Source: Polyangiaceae bacterium (GTDB lineage: Bacteria; Myxococcota_A; Polyangia; Polyangiales; Polyangiaceae). From it: a stretch of 64,000 bases of DNA. Position numbers and translations under genes: made by a program. Below the pieces are notes generated by a model that worked only from the letters and a program-made list of their open reading frames with translations, was not told the origin of the DNA and searched no databases. The DNA lies in assembly GCA_044376115.1 (NCBI GenBank), contig JBILLK010000036.1, positions 42,169 through 106,168 of the forward strand. Reading direction: 5' to 3'. Positions 40,143 through 50,148 of this stretch are shown here, piece by piece. Positions within the stretch are counted from its first letter, which is position 1. Every line of letters begins with the position of its first letter.

Positions 40143-42185
40143 TTACTTCGCCTCGAGCTCCTTCAGCGCCGAGTTGCCGGCGTTGTCGAAGGCTCGCACG
40201 CCGATCAGCCGTGAACCGGCCGGGATGATCGCCGAGACGTCAGCGTCGAACGACTCCGAGGCGCTGTCGAAGATGCCGTCCTTCGGGTTGATCGGACGCC
40301 AATCATCGGTGCCTGCGAGGGCCAGCTCGATGCGGGCGATCGGCCCGAGGCCGTCGGTTACGTCGCCGGTGAGACGTCGGCCGTTGATGGCCAGCGCGCC
40401 GAACAAGGGCGGCGTATTGTCGACCACGATCACACCGGACTCGGCCGAGTGCTTGGTGATCTTGTCGGGGGCGTTGACGAGCTCGTCGGTGGCCTCGACG
40501 CGCATGCGGTAAAGGCCCTCGGGCAGCGTGCTGGTGTCCCACTCGTAGTCGGTGCGGGTGAAGATCTCGGCCGGCTTCAGCGCGTCACGCCAGGTGGTCT
40601 GCGAATCGAGCCGGTAGAAGATGCGGTAACGCAGCTCGTCGCGGTCGGGGTTCTCAACGTCCCAACGCACCGAGACGCTGGGCGACGACTTCGACACCTT
40701 GCCGCCCGAGGACTGCAGGCCGGTTTGCAGACGGCCGGAGCGTTGTGCGCGGCCATCCGCCGAGATCGACTTGATCAGCGCTCGCACGTTGTCGGTGACG
40801 AAGTGGAAGCGCACCTCGCTGAAGGAGGCGTTCGGGTCTTTGCCGAAGCGCGCACGCATTTGCACGTAGCGGCCGCGCGCCGTGCCGGGCTTGCCGGAGG
40901 TGGTCAGCGCCTTCGTCCAGCTGGTCCAGTTTGCGTCGGGCTCCTGCGTGTTACCGGAGCGGGTCTCCACCTCGGTGCCTTGACCGCGGAAGCTCAGCTG
41001 ACCGAACTCTGCGGGCAGACCGGCGTCCAGGACCTTGCTGGTCCAAACCGAATCCGGGCCGCCTTCGCCTTTGATCTCGCGCACGACGATCGGGTCGGAG
41101 GAGACCAACAGACGCTTTTTGCCGGACAGGAAGATGCTCTGGATTTGGCGCTCTTCTGCGTCCGCGACGATGCGCTCGAGGTGGTCATCGTTGACCGTGA
41201 GCACGCGACCTTCAGCGCCGGTTCCGACGTAGGGCGTGCCGTCCTCGGTGAGGATCAGCGCGGTGAAGTGGGCCGAGCGCGACTCCATCATCGTCTCGGC
41301 GGTGCCGTTCTTGAAGCGCATCAACGTGCCTTCACCGGGACGGCTCGGTCGCGCCGAGGAGGGGCCGGCCATGCCCATGCCGCCGCGGCCGGGCAAGCTG
41401 AAGCTGCCGCCGTACTTGTTGGCCGTCGCCCACAGCGTGCCGTCTTTGTGCTGCGCGATGTTGGAGACGTCTTCGGCGTCGAAGTCATTGATGACGACGG
41501 CGCGCCCGGGAGCGTCGATGCGGTAGAGCAAGGCCTTGCCGGCGGTGCCGCAATAAACCTTGCCGTCGCTGCCGACCGCGATGCTGACCACGTGTGCGTC
41601 GTCCGCGTCGAAGTGGACCTGCGCTTTACCCTGCTCGTCGATGCGGAGGACCTTGCCCTCCGGCCCGGTGGCCGCGTAGACCGACTTGCTCTTGTCGTCG
41701 TAGGCCATCGCCCAGATGTACTCGACGCCCTCCACCGCAGCGCCGAACTCCTTCAGCTTCTCGGCTTTGGAGGCCTGGCCCTTGGGCAGCCGATAGAGTT
41801 TGCCCGCCGGGATCGACCCTGCGATCACGTCCCCGTTCCAGGCCTGCACCAAGGAGGTGATCGCCATTTGCTCGGTGGTCCCGGCGATCTCCACCTGCGA
41901 ACCGTTGACGCGGATCAGCTTCCCTTCATTGCCGGTGCCGATCAGCACCGAACCGTCGGGCATCACCAGGCTTTGCCAAGCGCTCTGCGCCTCGTTCACG
42001 GGGGTTTTGCCGAGCGCCCAGCCAGCTCGAACGATGCCTTTTGAGTCGATGGTGACGCCGGTCAGGTCGCCACCCGCGAGGTCATCCATCACCGAGAGAT
42101 CAAAGGAGCGCGTACCAACGGCTCCGGCGGTGGTGGCGACGAGACCCAACGTGAGTGCAGTCAGGAGGGAAGGTAGTTTCTTCAT
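40143..42185 (-). CDS. Secreted beta-propeller plus Ig/FN3-like protein (S55 peptidase partner)
   Basis: Signal peptide; repeated GTG.EGK/ATGPEGK blades; TRSGNT..PD..W; WDTSTLPEG.Y. Confidence 0.75.
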   Translation of the reverse strand: MKKLPSLLTALTLGLVATTAGAVGTRSFDLSVMDDLAGGDLTGVTIDSKGIVRAGWALGKTPVNEAQSAWQSLVMPDGSVLIGTGNEGKLIRVNGSQVEIAGTTEQMAITSLVQAWNGDVIAGSIPAGKLYRLPKGQASKAEKLKEFGAAVEGVEYIWAMAYDDKSKSVYAATGPEGKVLRIDEQGKAQVHFDADDAHVVSIAVGSDGKVYCGTAGKALLYRIDAPGRAVVINDFDAEDVSNIAQHKDGTLWATANKYGGSFSLPGRGGMGMAGPSSARPSRPGEGTLMRFKNGTAETMMESRSAHFTALILTEDGTPYVGTGAEGRVLTVNDDHLERIVADAEERQIQSIFLSGKKRLLVSSDPIVVREIKGEGGPDSVWTSKVLDAGLPAEFGQLSFRGQGTEVETRSGNTQEPDANWTSWTKALTTSGKPGTARGRYVQMRARFGKDPNASFSEVRFHFVTDNVRALIKSISADGRAQRSGRLQTGLQSSGGKVSKSSPSVSVRWDVENPDRDELRYRIFYRLDSQTTWRDALKPAEIFTRTDYEWDTSTLPEGLYRMRVEATDELVNAPDKITKHSAESGVIVVDNTPPLFGALAINGRRLTGDVTDGLGPIARIELALAGTDDWRPINPKDGIFDSASESFDADVSAIIPAGSRLIGVRAFDNAGNSALKELEAK

Positions 42186-42295
42186 GGCTATACGCGGTTT
42201 TTGCTTTGGACAGGGATGCGGTCGGAGAAAGAAAACTCACGCGAGCATGCGCCCTTCACGAGACGAGACTCGCGAAAGACGGCCTGCGTCGCGAA

Positions 42296-44209
42296 TCACT
42301 TGATGTCGGGCCGAACCTTCACGCGGATGCGGTCCCGGCCCACGATGAAGCGCTTCATCGGGAAGGCCTGCTGCTCCACCGAGCTGAAGGTCTCCGGCGT
42401 GGTCGAACCGGCCATCACACGCAGCGTGTCTGCGGCGCCCGGCGGCAAGCGCGTGGCCACGTTGCCTCGGAAAGCAACGCCGCTCTCGCCTTGGATGCGG
42501 ATCGTCGACACGATGCTCTCCTCCGGGAAGGCGGGGTTGTTGAGCGCTGCAACCAAGTCGGCGACGCTCTCGGGCGTAGCGCGTGGACGCTCATTCTCGT
42601 AGCCCGGCGAAAGATCGATATCGACCTCTTGGCCGGCGAAGGAGCGCGGGATCGGCACCTCGATCACCCGCGACTCGAGCTTGCCGAGGTAGGGCATGAG
42701 GTCCAGCCGCACCTTGACCGGCTCGCCCGGCTCGATCTCGGCGTCCACCACCTGGGTGCCGCGGATCATCGAGACGTCGCGACCGAAGGAGATCTTGATC
42801 GTCGAATCCACACCGTCGATCTTCACCTGCTCCCAAGGGTTGTTGAGCAGCATGCCGAGGGCTCGCACCACGCGGCTGCGGAAGTAAACGTCCGCGCCGA
42901 TCGGGTCACCGGCGTTGGCGCCGAAGTCCTTCAGCGTGATGGTGCCGTAGCCGTTGACCTTGATGGTGGTGGTGGTGCGCCAGGTGACGTCACCACGCTC
43001 GCCGGTGGTGGTCTCGAGCGGGTTGCCGAGCGCGATCGCCGCGAGCATCGGCGCCATGAACGGATCATGCGCGCACACCGAGTTCCATTCGGTTTTCACC
43101 GCGCCCTCGACGCCCTCGATCTTCACGCGCACCGGGAAGGTGGAGGCGGTGCGCTTGGAGTCCACCACGATCGACGCTTGGCGGTCATTGACCAGCGTAC
43201 CGATCGGCCGCACGGCCTCACCGATCTTGAAGCTGCGATTGGAGCTCGCCAAGATCCAGTGGACCTGCGCGATGGCGGTGGGCATGTCGCTGGCGCCGCC
43301 GCCCATCATCGGGTGGCCGAAGGCGACCAGCTTGTCCCCCTCGACGCGGGTGACGGTGCCGAGGCCCATGGCCGAGATATCACCGCGCACGAGCTGCACG
43401 CCGATGGCGCCGCCGTCCACGAAGGCGGTAGGCGCATCCGCAGCGACGCTTTGGCTGCTGCCACCGGCCTGCAAGGTCTCGAGCCCCATCGGCGCGAGCA
43501 TGGCTTCCATCTCCGACAGGGCCGAAGAGGTCATGCCACCGATCATGATCGGCGTGGCGGCGGGAGCGAGCGTGGAGGAGGTCCCACGCTCTTTGGCCGC
43601 GCGCGTGCCGAGCACCTTGGCGTGATCCTTCAGGTTGTAGGCGAAGGCTTTGTTGGCCATCGGATCTTCGCCCTCGAGCAGGTTGGGCATCATGCGAGCC
43701 AGCGGCCGAATCGGCGCGGCGTCTCGCTTGCTCTCGCTGCTCTTGGCCGGGCCCAAGTTGGTGCGCGGCTGGAACAGCGGCGGCAGCGGCTTGTCCTGAT
43801 CCTCGATCATGTTTTGGATCGGCGTTACGCCGGCGATCGGCTCGGCGCCGAAGGTCCAGCCGTAAGCGTAGGCACCGATCATCTTCCCCTCGAGGTAGAT
43901 GGGACTGCCGCTCATACCCGCAACGGTGTGTGCGATCTCCAGCCGAGGATGGTTGGGCGTCTTGATCAGGATCAAGTCTTGATTGGGCCGGAAGCCCTTC
44001 AGGACGCTGATGATCTCGACGTCGAACTTCTCGGGCTTTGTCCCGCTCATTACCGTTAGCCCGTAGCCTTTCATGCCGGGTTTAACGTCTTTGAGCGGGA
44101 AGAGATCACTCCTCGTTGGGACTGCTTCAGCTACCGAATAGCCGAGCGCAGCACTAAGGATGACACCGCCGAGCAAACCAGTGAGAACGTTGCCAGAGGA
44201 GCTACTCAT
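42296..44209 (-). CDS. SpoIVB-like peptidase S55 domain protein
   Basis: VKPGMKGYG.TV, AGMSGSPIY..GK.IGA, GVTPI..M, AFGHP. Confidence 0.88.
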   Translation of the reverse strand: MSSSSGNVLTGLLGGVILSAALGYSVAEAVPTRSDLFPLKDVKPGMKGYGLTVMSGTKPEKFDVEIISVLKGFRPNQDLILIKTPNHPRLEIAHTVAGMSGSPIYLEGKMIGAYAYGWTFGAEPIAGVTPIQNMIEDQDKPLPPLFQPRTNLGPAKSSESKRDAAPIRPLARMMPNLLEGEDPMANKAFAYNLKDHAKVLGTRAAKERGTSSTLAPAATPIMIGGMTSSALSEMEAMLAPMGLETLQAGGSSQSVAADAPTAFVDGGAIGVQLVRGDISAMGLGTVTRVEGDKLVAFGHPMMGGGASDMPTAIAQVHWILASSNRSFKIGEAVRPIGTLVNDRQASIVVDSKRTASTFPVRVKIEGVEGAVKTEWNSVCAHDPFMAPMLAAIALGNPLETTTGERGDVTWRTTTTIKVNGYGTITLKDFGANAGDPIGADVYFRSRVVRALGMLLNNPWEQVKIDGVDSTIKISFGRDVSMIRGTQVVDAEIEPGEPVKVRLDLMPYLGKLESRVIEVPIPRSFAGQEVDIDLSPGYENERPRATPESVADLVAALNNPAFPEESIVSTIRIQGESGVAFRGNVATRLPPGAADTLRVMAGSTTPETFSSVEQQAFPMKRFIVGRDRIRVKVRPDIK

Positions 44210-44322
44210 GAGTTTGACGGTGCGAGTCTAGCTGAAGGTTCCAGACTTGCCTCTTTTCCTTTGTTTTTGCGAGTTGTGGCCGTTTCGTCGAACGTTTTAG
44301 GGCATAGCTAGGTCCAGTCTCG

Positions 44323-44568
44323 ATGAGCGACGTGGTTCTCCTGCTGATGATGGTGCTCGGCTTCGGTCTGCTAATGACCGCGCAGCTGAGGCTCGTCTTC
44401 GTCCTGCTGCTGGAGAAACCGCGCTGGCGAGGCTTGCTCGCGTTCCTGCTGCCGCCCTTCGCCGTGCTGTACGGCTGGCGCGCGGGCCGGCGCATCAACG
44501 TGGTGGTGTGGGTGACCTCCGCGGTGATCTACGTGGCGGGCTTTGGTGCTTCCTATTGGGGGCGGTAA
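44323..44568 (+). CDS. Small membrane protein
   Basis: 81 aa, three hydrophobic segments. Confidence 0.7.
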   Translation: MSDVVLLLMMVLGFGLLMTAQLRLVFVLLLEKPRWRGLLAFLLPPFAVLYGWRAGRRINVVVWVTSAVIYVAGFGASYWGR

Positions 44569-44594
44569 GCGGCGCAGGCTCTGCCGAGTTCCTC

Positions 44595-45569
44595 TCACGA
44601 ATCGCGACCGCGTTCGCTGCGCGCGCGCGCCATGGCTAGCTGCATTGTGCTGAGAAACCTTTGTTGTGCGCTTGGGTCACGCTGGAACTGCTCGTTGAAC
44701 TGCACGCGCAAGGCCTCGCGGACCTCCGAAGCGCTGACCCCGAAGCGCTTCAGGGTCAGTTCGTCGCCTTCACCAAATATTGTCAGGCGAGCCCGCAGCT
44801 CGGCGTACTCCTCGAGCGTCAGAACGGGAATGACCAGCGAGCCTAGCTGGTCTCGGAACGTCCCCGTTGCCGCGGGAACGATCGCCGCGAGCGGAATCAT
44901 CGCCGTCTGATCGACATCAATCGCCTGCGCACCCAGCGGCGTCTCGGTGCCGGAGGTTTGCGGCGCTGCCACTGGCTTCGTCAACGGTTGCTCAGCTGGC
45001 TCCTCGAATACCTCGCGCACGAGGCTACGTCGGAACGGCAGTGAAACGGGGGAACGGGGGATCGGATCCTGCGTCACGTCTGGGTCGAGCAACGGTGCCG
45101 CCGGTTGCGCTGGCGCGCGCAAATACGTCGGTCGGAGCTCGCCGGTGCCAGCCTTGGTCTCGGTCGGGGTGACCTTGTTCAGCACGGCCGGGACTCGCGT
45201 ACGTACGTCGAGGGTGCGGCCTGCCAACGGGCTTGTCGTTTTGACCCGACTCGTAAGGCGCGCCACCGGTGGCCGTTGCACACGAGCGTACCGCTCGGCC
45301 ACCCCGTAAGCGCGGGCTAGCTCCACGACGGGACCGACTTCTTTGTTTGCGAGCGCCAAGGCGATGCGACGCGACCAATATGCACCGGCCGTGTCGAGCT
45401 CGGTTGGTGTGATCTTCAAGCGTGCTAGCACAGCAGCGCGAACTTCGACCGGATACTCGCGAGCGTAGGCCAAGGCCTCCGCATAGCGCTCGAGAGCGAG
45501 CGGCGGGGACTCGTCGTCGCCAGCTCCAACCGTTGCTGGGTGCTTCTCACCAGAGGTAGTCAAGGTCAT
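44595..45569 (-). CDS. Hypothetical protein with two copies of the vgrG-associated helical domain
   Basis: LALERYAE...W and LTLEEYAEL...RFGV...RDP; ATGA-coupled to upstream lipoprotein. Confidence 0.75.
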   Translation of the reverse strand: MTLTTSGEKHPATVGAGDDESPPLALERYAEALAYAREYPVEVRAAVLARLKITPTELDTAGAYWSRRIALALANKEVGPVVELARAYGVAERYARVQRPPVARLTSRVKTTSPLAGRTLDVRTRVPAVLNKVTPTETKAGTGELRPTYLRAPAQPAAPLLDPDVTQDPIPRSPVSLPFRRSLVREVFEEPAEQPLTKPVAAPQTSGTETPLGAQAIDVDQTAMIPLAAIVPAATGTFRDQLGSLVIPVLTLEEYAELRARLTIFGEGDELTLKRFGVSASEVREALRVQFNEQFQRDPSAQQRFLSTMQLAMARARSERGRDS

Positions 45570-46561
45570 TGGCTCGCTGTTTGAATGGAGATCTCAGAGG
45601 GCTTGGGCTCGTTGACGGGCCAGTGGATTCTTAGTTCGGCTGTCGGTCCATCAAGGTCGAATTGAACACGCGCTAGGGCTCTCATTCCGCTGACCAGTTG
45701 CACTTCCCCCGCCATGAGATTGCTCGTGTTGGTAAGGAAATGCTCCTTCCCGAGTTTGCCAAACCCCTCGGTGTTTCGCAGAAACAGAAACGGCCCACTG
45801 CAGTGCCACCTGAGCCAACCACGCAGGACGAGAGCTTCACAGCTCTTTGGCCAGCGCGCTGGCGTGCCCGTATTGACTGCCGTTGCGTCTTGCCAGTCGC
45901 CCGCTAGCGGACGTGGTCCGGGTGGGCCGAAGTCAGGAATTGGTTTCACCTCTCTTGGATGAACAGCTAGTGGTCCGCCAGGATCCTTGATGGCTTCCGC
46001 AACAGTCGGTCCTGGTTGTCCACTAGGCCATACAACCCGAATCACTGGACGGTCGGCCTCGCCCAAGTACGCGCTAAACTCGATGAACGCCCCTGGGGCG
46101 AGACGTCCTATGAAGGTGTCGTTGGCGACCCCTCTAAGCCAATAGTCGGAGCCAGCCTTCATCGATACGCGACTCGGAAGAAGGAACGGCCCACCTTTGC
46201 AAGAGAAGCGCACCCACTCGCGGACAAACGCGATTGGGCATCTCTCGTCGCGCAGTCCGCTTGTGTTGGTGTTGAACGTCGGCGCGCCCTCCCATTCGAT
46301 CGTTGTGGGCTCCGGCGTTCTGCCCTCCGGAATCTTAACGATTGCTTGGCTCGTAGGCGCTGCTGCAACTTGCGCCGAGTTGGCCTGTGTCGGGGAAGCG
46401 CTCGCGGCAAACGATGTCGCGCCTAAAGACGCCAGGCTCGGCGCTCCAGCGAAGGCGGAACTCCTTGCGCTTGAGCTGGCTCCCTCCGTCGTTGCTTCGC
46501 CCGCGCAGCCAAAGGCTAAGCTCGCGACCGCAACAGCGCCGAGGACTAACAAGCTTCTCAT
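45566..46561 (-). CDS. Lipoprotein paralog 3 (putative periplasmic immunity)
   Basis: Lipobox AFGC; two internal repeats P...EW..A...NT...C....R.W.R..C; shared C-terminus IHWPVNEPKPSEISIQT. Confidence 0.75.
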   Translation of the reverse strand: MRSLLVLGAVAVASLAFGCAGEATTEGASSSARSSAFAGAPSLASLGATSFAASASPTQANSAQVAAAPTSQAIVKIPEGRTPEPTTIEWEGAPTFNTNTSGLRDERCPIAFVREWVRFSCKGGPFLLPSRVSMKAGSDYWLRGVANDTFIGRLAPGAFIEFSAYLGEADRPVIRVVWPSGQPGPTVAEAIKDPGGPLAVHPREVKPIPDFGPPGPRPLAGDWQDATAVNTGTPARWPKSCEALVLRGWLRWHCSGPFLFLRNTEGFGKLGKEHFLTNTSNLMAGEVQLVSGMRALARVQFDLDGPTAELRIHWPVNEPKPSEISIQTASQ

Positions 46562-47526
46562 TGGCCCGCTGTTTGAATGGAGATCTCAGAGGGCTTGGGC
46601 TCGTTGACGGGCCAGTGGATCTTGATCGCGGTATCGGGAGTGTCGCTGGTGCGGCTGATTGTGACTATCGCGCTCATGCCTGGTTTGAGCCGGGCTTCGC
46701 CTTGCTGAAGACTAGCGACTGCGACGTTGAAGAAGTCAACGTTGGGCGCTCCAAAACCAGAGCTCCCTCTGTAGAACATGTCATTTCCGCTGCAGCGCCA
46801 TTGCACCCAATCACGCAGGACACGGATCTCGCAGTTCTTGGGGCGCCGGTGTTCTACAGCGGTGTTGACCGGCGTTCCTGACAACCAGTCGGCGGGACGT
46901 GGTCTTTCGGTGCCGAGCTCGGGAACGTCTGGAATGGGCTGAACTGGCTCCGGATAAACAACGAGGGCACCTTGGGGGGCCCGCCACGTCTCCGCGACCG
47001 TCGGCCCAGCTGCGTCACTCGGCCACGCGACTCGTGATAGGGCCCCAGTAGAGCCCGTTGAGTACCGAATGATGAACAGATCCCCGCGACGGAGGCGCAG
47101 TACCAAGTAGTTGCTGTTTGAGCGCCAACCAAAGCCCTTTTCGGGGACGCCAAACAGCAAGTCGGGCATGCAGCCAAAGCGCACCCACTCCCGCTTCACG
47201 GCAATCGGACACTCATCGACGCGTCCAGCCGCGGTGCTTGTATTAAAGGTAGGAGCCGACGCCCATTCAGCCGGGGTGGGCTCTGGTGAATCTCCGTCAG
47301 GGATCAACACGAAGGGCTGGATCCCACTGCGGCCTGGCGCTTCGGTGCTAGCGGTAGGGGCCGAGGCGCTAGCGCTTGCAAAGCTTGGGCTTGAGACGCC
47401 TGCGCTGGAAGTGAAGCTTGGGCTTGAGGTGCTTGCGCTCGCGGCGTCACCGAGTTCGAGGCTTGAGCTTGGCTCCGAGGAGCAACCGCCGACCAAAAGC
47501 AAAGCCGCTCGGATGGCCCAGCTCAT
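46558..47526 (-). CDS. Lipoprotein paralog 2 (putative periplasmic immunity; in-frame extension to 47616)
   Basis: MSWAIRAALLLVGGC; near-duplicate of paralog 1. Confidence 0.75.
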   Translation of the reverse strand: MSWAIRAALLLVGGCSSEPSSSLELGDAASASTSSPSFTSSAGVSSPSFASASASAPTASTEAPGRSGIQPFVLIPDGDSPEPTPAEWASAPTFNTSTAAGRVDECPIAVKREWVRFGCMPDLLFGVPEKGFGWRSNSNYLVLRLRRGDLFIIRYSTGSTGALSRVAWPSDAAGPTVAETWRAPQGALVVYPEPVQPIPDVPELGTERPRPADWLSGTPVNTAVEHRRPKNCEIRVLRDWVQWRCSGNDMFYRGSSGFGAPNVDFFNVAVASLQQGEARLKPGMSAIVTISRTSDTPDTAIKIHWPVNEPKPSEISIQTAGQ

Positions 47527-47612
47527 CGCAGGAGCTCCGGTAACTCGAAGGCTGCCGGTTGAGCCAGAGACTCGTGCGTGAACCATGCGTTCACCGAGGA
47601 CTAACAAGCTTC

Positions 47613-48590
47613 TCATTGGCCCCCCGTTTGAACGGAGATCTCAGAGGGCTTGGGCTCGTTGACGGGCCAGTGGATCTTGATCGTAGTGGCGGGAGCTTCG
47701 ATCGTAAGCCTTAGACTGAGTGTTGCGCTCATACCCGGTTTGAGCCGGGCCTCGCCTTGCCGAAGATCCGCGCCCGTGATCATAAAGAAATCGACGTTGG
47801 GCGCTCCAAAACCGGAGCTCCGGTCGTAACCAAACCCACTTCCGCTGCAGCGCCATTGCACCCAATCGCGTAGGACGCGCAGCTCGCAGCTCTTGGGGCG
47901 CCGGTACTCTGCGGCGGTGTTGACCGGCGTTCCTGACAACCAGTCGGCAGGACGTGGTCTTTCAGTGCCGAGCTCGGGAACGTCTGGAATGGGCTGAACC
48001 GGTTGCGGATACACAGCAAGTGCACCTTGCTTGTCCCGCCACGTCTCGGCGACGGTCGGCCCGGCCGCGTCACTCGGCCACGCAACCCTCGAATAGACGT
48101 CGGTTGAGTCGGTCCAGGACCGGACGACATAGAGGTCGCCGCGGCGCAGGCGAAGGACGAGATAGGCATGGTTCGCGCGCCAACCAAAGCCCTTTTCAGG
48201 TACGCCAAAAACCAACGTGGGCATCCGGCCGACGCAGCCAAAGCGAACCCACTCCCGCTTCACGGCAATCGGACACTCATCGACGCGTCCAGGCGCGGTG
48301 CTTGTATTGAAGGTCGGAGCCGACGCCCATTCAGCCGGGGTGGGCTCTGGTGAATCTCCGTCAGGGATCAACACGAAGGGCTGGATCCCAGTGCGGCCGG
48401 GCGCGTTGGTGCTCGCGGTAGGGGCCGAGGTGCTAGCGCTTGGCACGCTAGCGCTTGAGAGGCTAGCGCTTGAAGCGAAGCTTGTGCTCGAGATGCTTGC
48501 GCTCGCGGTATCACCGAGTTCGAGGCTTGAGCTTGGCTCCGAGGAGCAACCGCCGACCAAAAGCAAAGCCGCTCGGATGGCCCAGCTCAT
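47613..48590 (-). CDS. Lipoprotein paralog 1 (putative cognate immunity)
   Basis: ATG overlaps stop of the upstream effector remnant (ATGA); lipobox VGGC. Confidence 0.75.
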   Translation of the reverse strand: MSWAIRAALLLVGGCSSEPSSSLELGDTASASISSTSFASSASLSSASVPSASTSAPTASTNAPGRTGIQPFVLIPDGDSPEPTPAEWASAPTFNTSTAPGRVDECPIAVKREWVRFGCVGRMPTLVFGVPEKGFGWRANHAYLVLRLRRGDLYVVRSWTDSTDVYSRVAWPSDAAGPTVAETWRDKQGALAVYPQPVQPIPDVPELGTERPRPADWLSGTPVNTAAEYRRPKSCELRVLRDWVQWRCSGSGFGYDRSSGFGAPNVDFFMITGADLRQGEARLKPGMSATLSLRLTIEAPATTIKIHWPVNEPKPSEISVQTGGQ

Positions 48591-49700
48591 CGCAGGAGCT
48601 CCGGTAACTCGAAGGATGCCGGTTGAGCCAGAGACTCGTGCGTGAACCATGCGGACGGATCTTCCCTGTACGGTGTGAGCGGTGAAACAAACTTGTCTGC
48701 GAAGGGGTCCCGCGCCATCTCGTGCAAGTCGGAGAGCCCCTCCAGCGGCGCCGCGTACATTGCGTCGCGTTCGGCTTTGAGACTGGCGACCGCTGCTTTG
48801 TCACCACGACCTGCTGCGTTCGTGATGGCTTTGTTGAGTTCTAGGGCCCTCTTGGCCCGCCGATTTCTGTCGTCGGCTATGAGCTTCTCCAGCTCCTTCT
48901 GCTTCTTCATGAGATAGGCGATCGAGGGCGAGCCTGTGGCGATGAAAAGTTCGCGAATGATCTTTGGGGGCGTGCCTTGGCCAACGGGCGCCAGATGTAG
49001 CCGCCAGATCTGTTGTGCGAGGCCCTTTTCGTTGTGGGAGAGCACGACCATCGGCATCAGATCGAGTGCGGTGGAAAGTCGCGAGCGTTGCTTCTTTGAG
49101 TTCTCGCGTTCGTGCTCATCGAGTTCGGGCTTGCCAGGCGCGTATTCATTCGCTCGCGCGACGGTTTCCGTTTGCAGTTCCTCCAAGGACTTGTCCCGCG
49201 CGCCCGCTTCCCACATCACCTCCGCAAAGACGCCACGCGGTGCGTAGACGATCCAAAACGCGCGCAGTGAAGCGTGATAAGGCGTGTTTCTCAGCGACAA
49301 GAGTAAGCGGGCGATCGAGTAGTTCCGCGTTGGTTCTTCTCGGCTCCACATCGGGATCATTCGGCTAATGAACAGGATGTTCTCTTCGCCGAGTTCAGCC
49401 CCGGCCCGCTCCGGAAGCTGCGCAACCACCAACCGAGCCAGCCCTACCGGCCGGGCCCGGCGCAGGGTGTCGAATTGCTTCTCCGCTTCCGCCGTCAAGG
49501 GTGGCAACGTACCGAGACCAACGAAGTTGGCTTGGGTACCCGGCACCGTTGAGAAGGCCCCGCCCGCGAAGATGCCCTGGTGCTTGCCGAACATCACCGA
49601 ATCACCGCCGGCATGTGCGTTGGTGTCGAGCATTTGAACAACAGGTCCTTCCGCTTCTGAGCGGGTGAAGCTTCGTAGAACCATCGATGCGTGCGACCAG
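48587..49700 (-). pseudogene. C-terminal remnant of a putative T6SS effector
   Basis: Long open frame (SHASMVLR...VQMLDT...) whose 5' end is fused out of frame to the vgrG fragment; followed by an immunity-like array. Confidence 0.6.
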
Positions 49701-50034
49701 TCGTCTGGTCCTGAAAGATGCGGCTTAACCGTCGGGTGGAGAGTCGAACGATCTGCGGAACGAGTCGGATCGACGGTTGGGCTTGTCCGTCTGCGAGCAC
49801 GTCCCCCCGAACGGCAGCAGCAATCATTCCGGCGATGGTCCGCTGCTTGCCACCCACCCAAAGGTCGAGCCTCGCGGCGCGACCTAGGGTCCCCGAAATA
49901 TCCAGGGCTTGCGGGGCTAGAAGCTTAACGTCGAAACGGAAGGGCCTAGAGAGCGCCTCGCGCCCCTTGAACGAGACAACGTCGAACTCCGTCTCGATGC
50001 CGTGGATCTTGAGCAAGAAGGTGGTTGCGCTCAT
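49700..50034 (-). pseudogene. vgrG: vgrG 5' fragment (about 112 codons)
   Basis: VVSFKGREALSRPFRFDV...LVP...SRIFQDQT, then VgrG similarity is lost. Confidence 0.82.
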
Positions 50035-50148
50035 GGTGCGTGGCTCCTGAGGGGCATGTGTTACCCGCCGACCCAGGGCGTGGATGGCCGTGGGAACATA
50101 TGGATATGTTCAGGTGCGTCGGCGAGCGCTCACCTTTTTGCAGGTGGG

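Noticed and set aside
40449..44059. Long + strand ORFs (531 and 634 aa)
   Set aside because: Antisense shadows of the beta-propeller and S55 genes, typical of high-GC DNA
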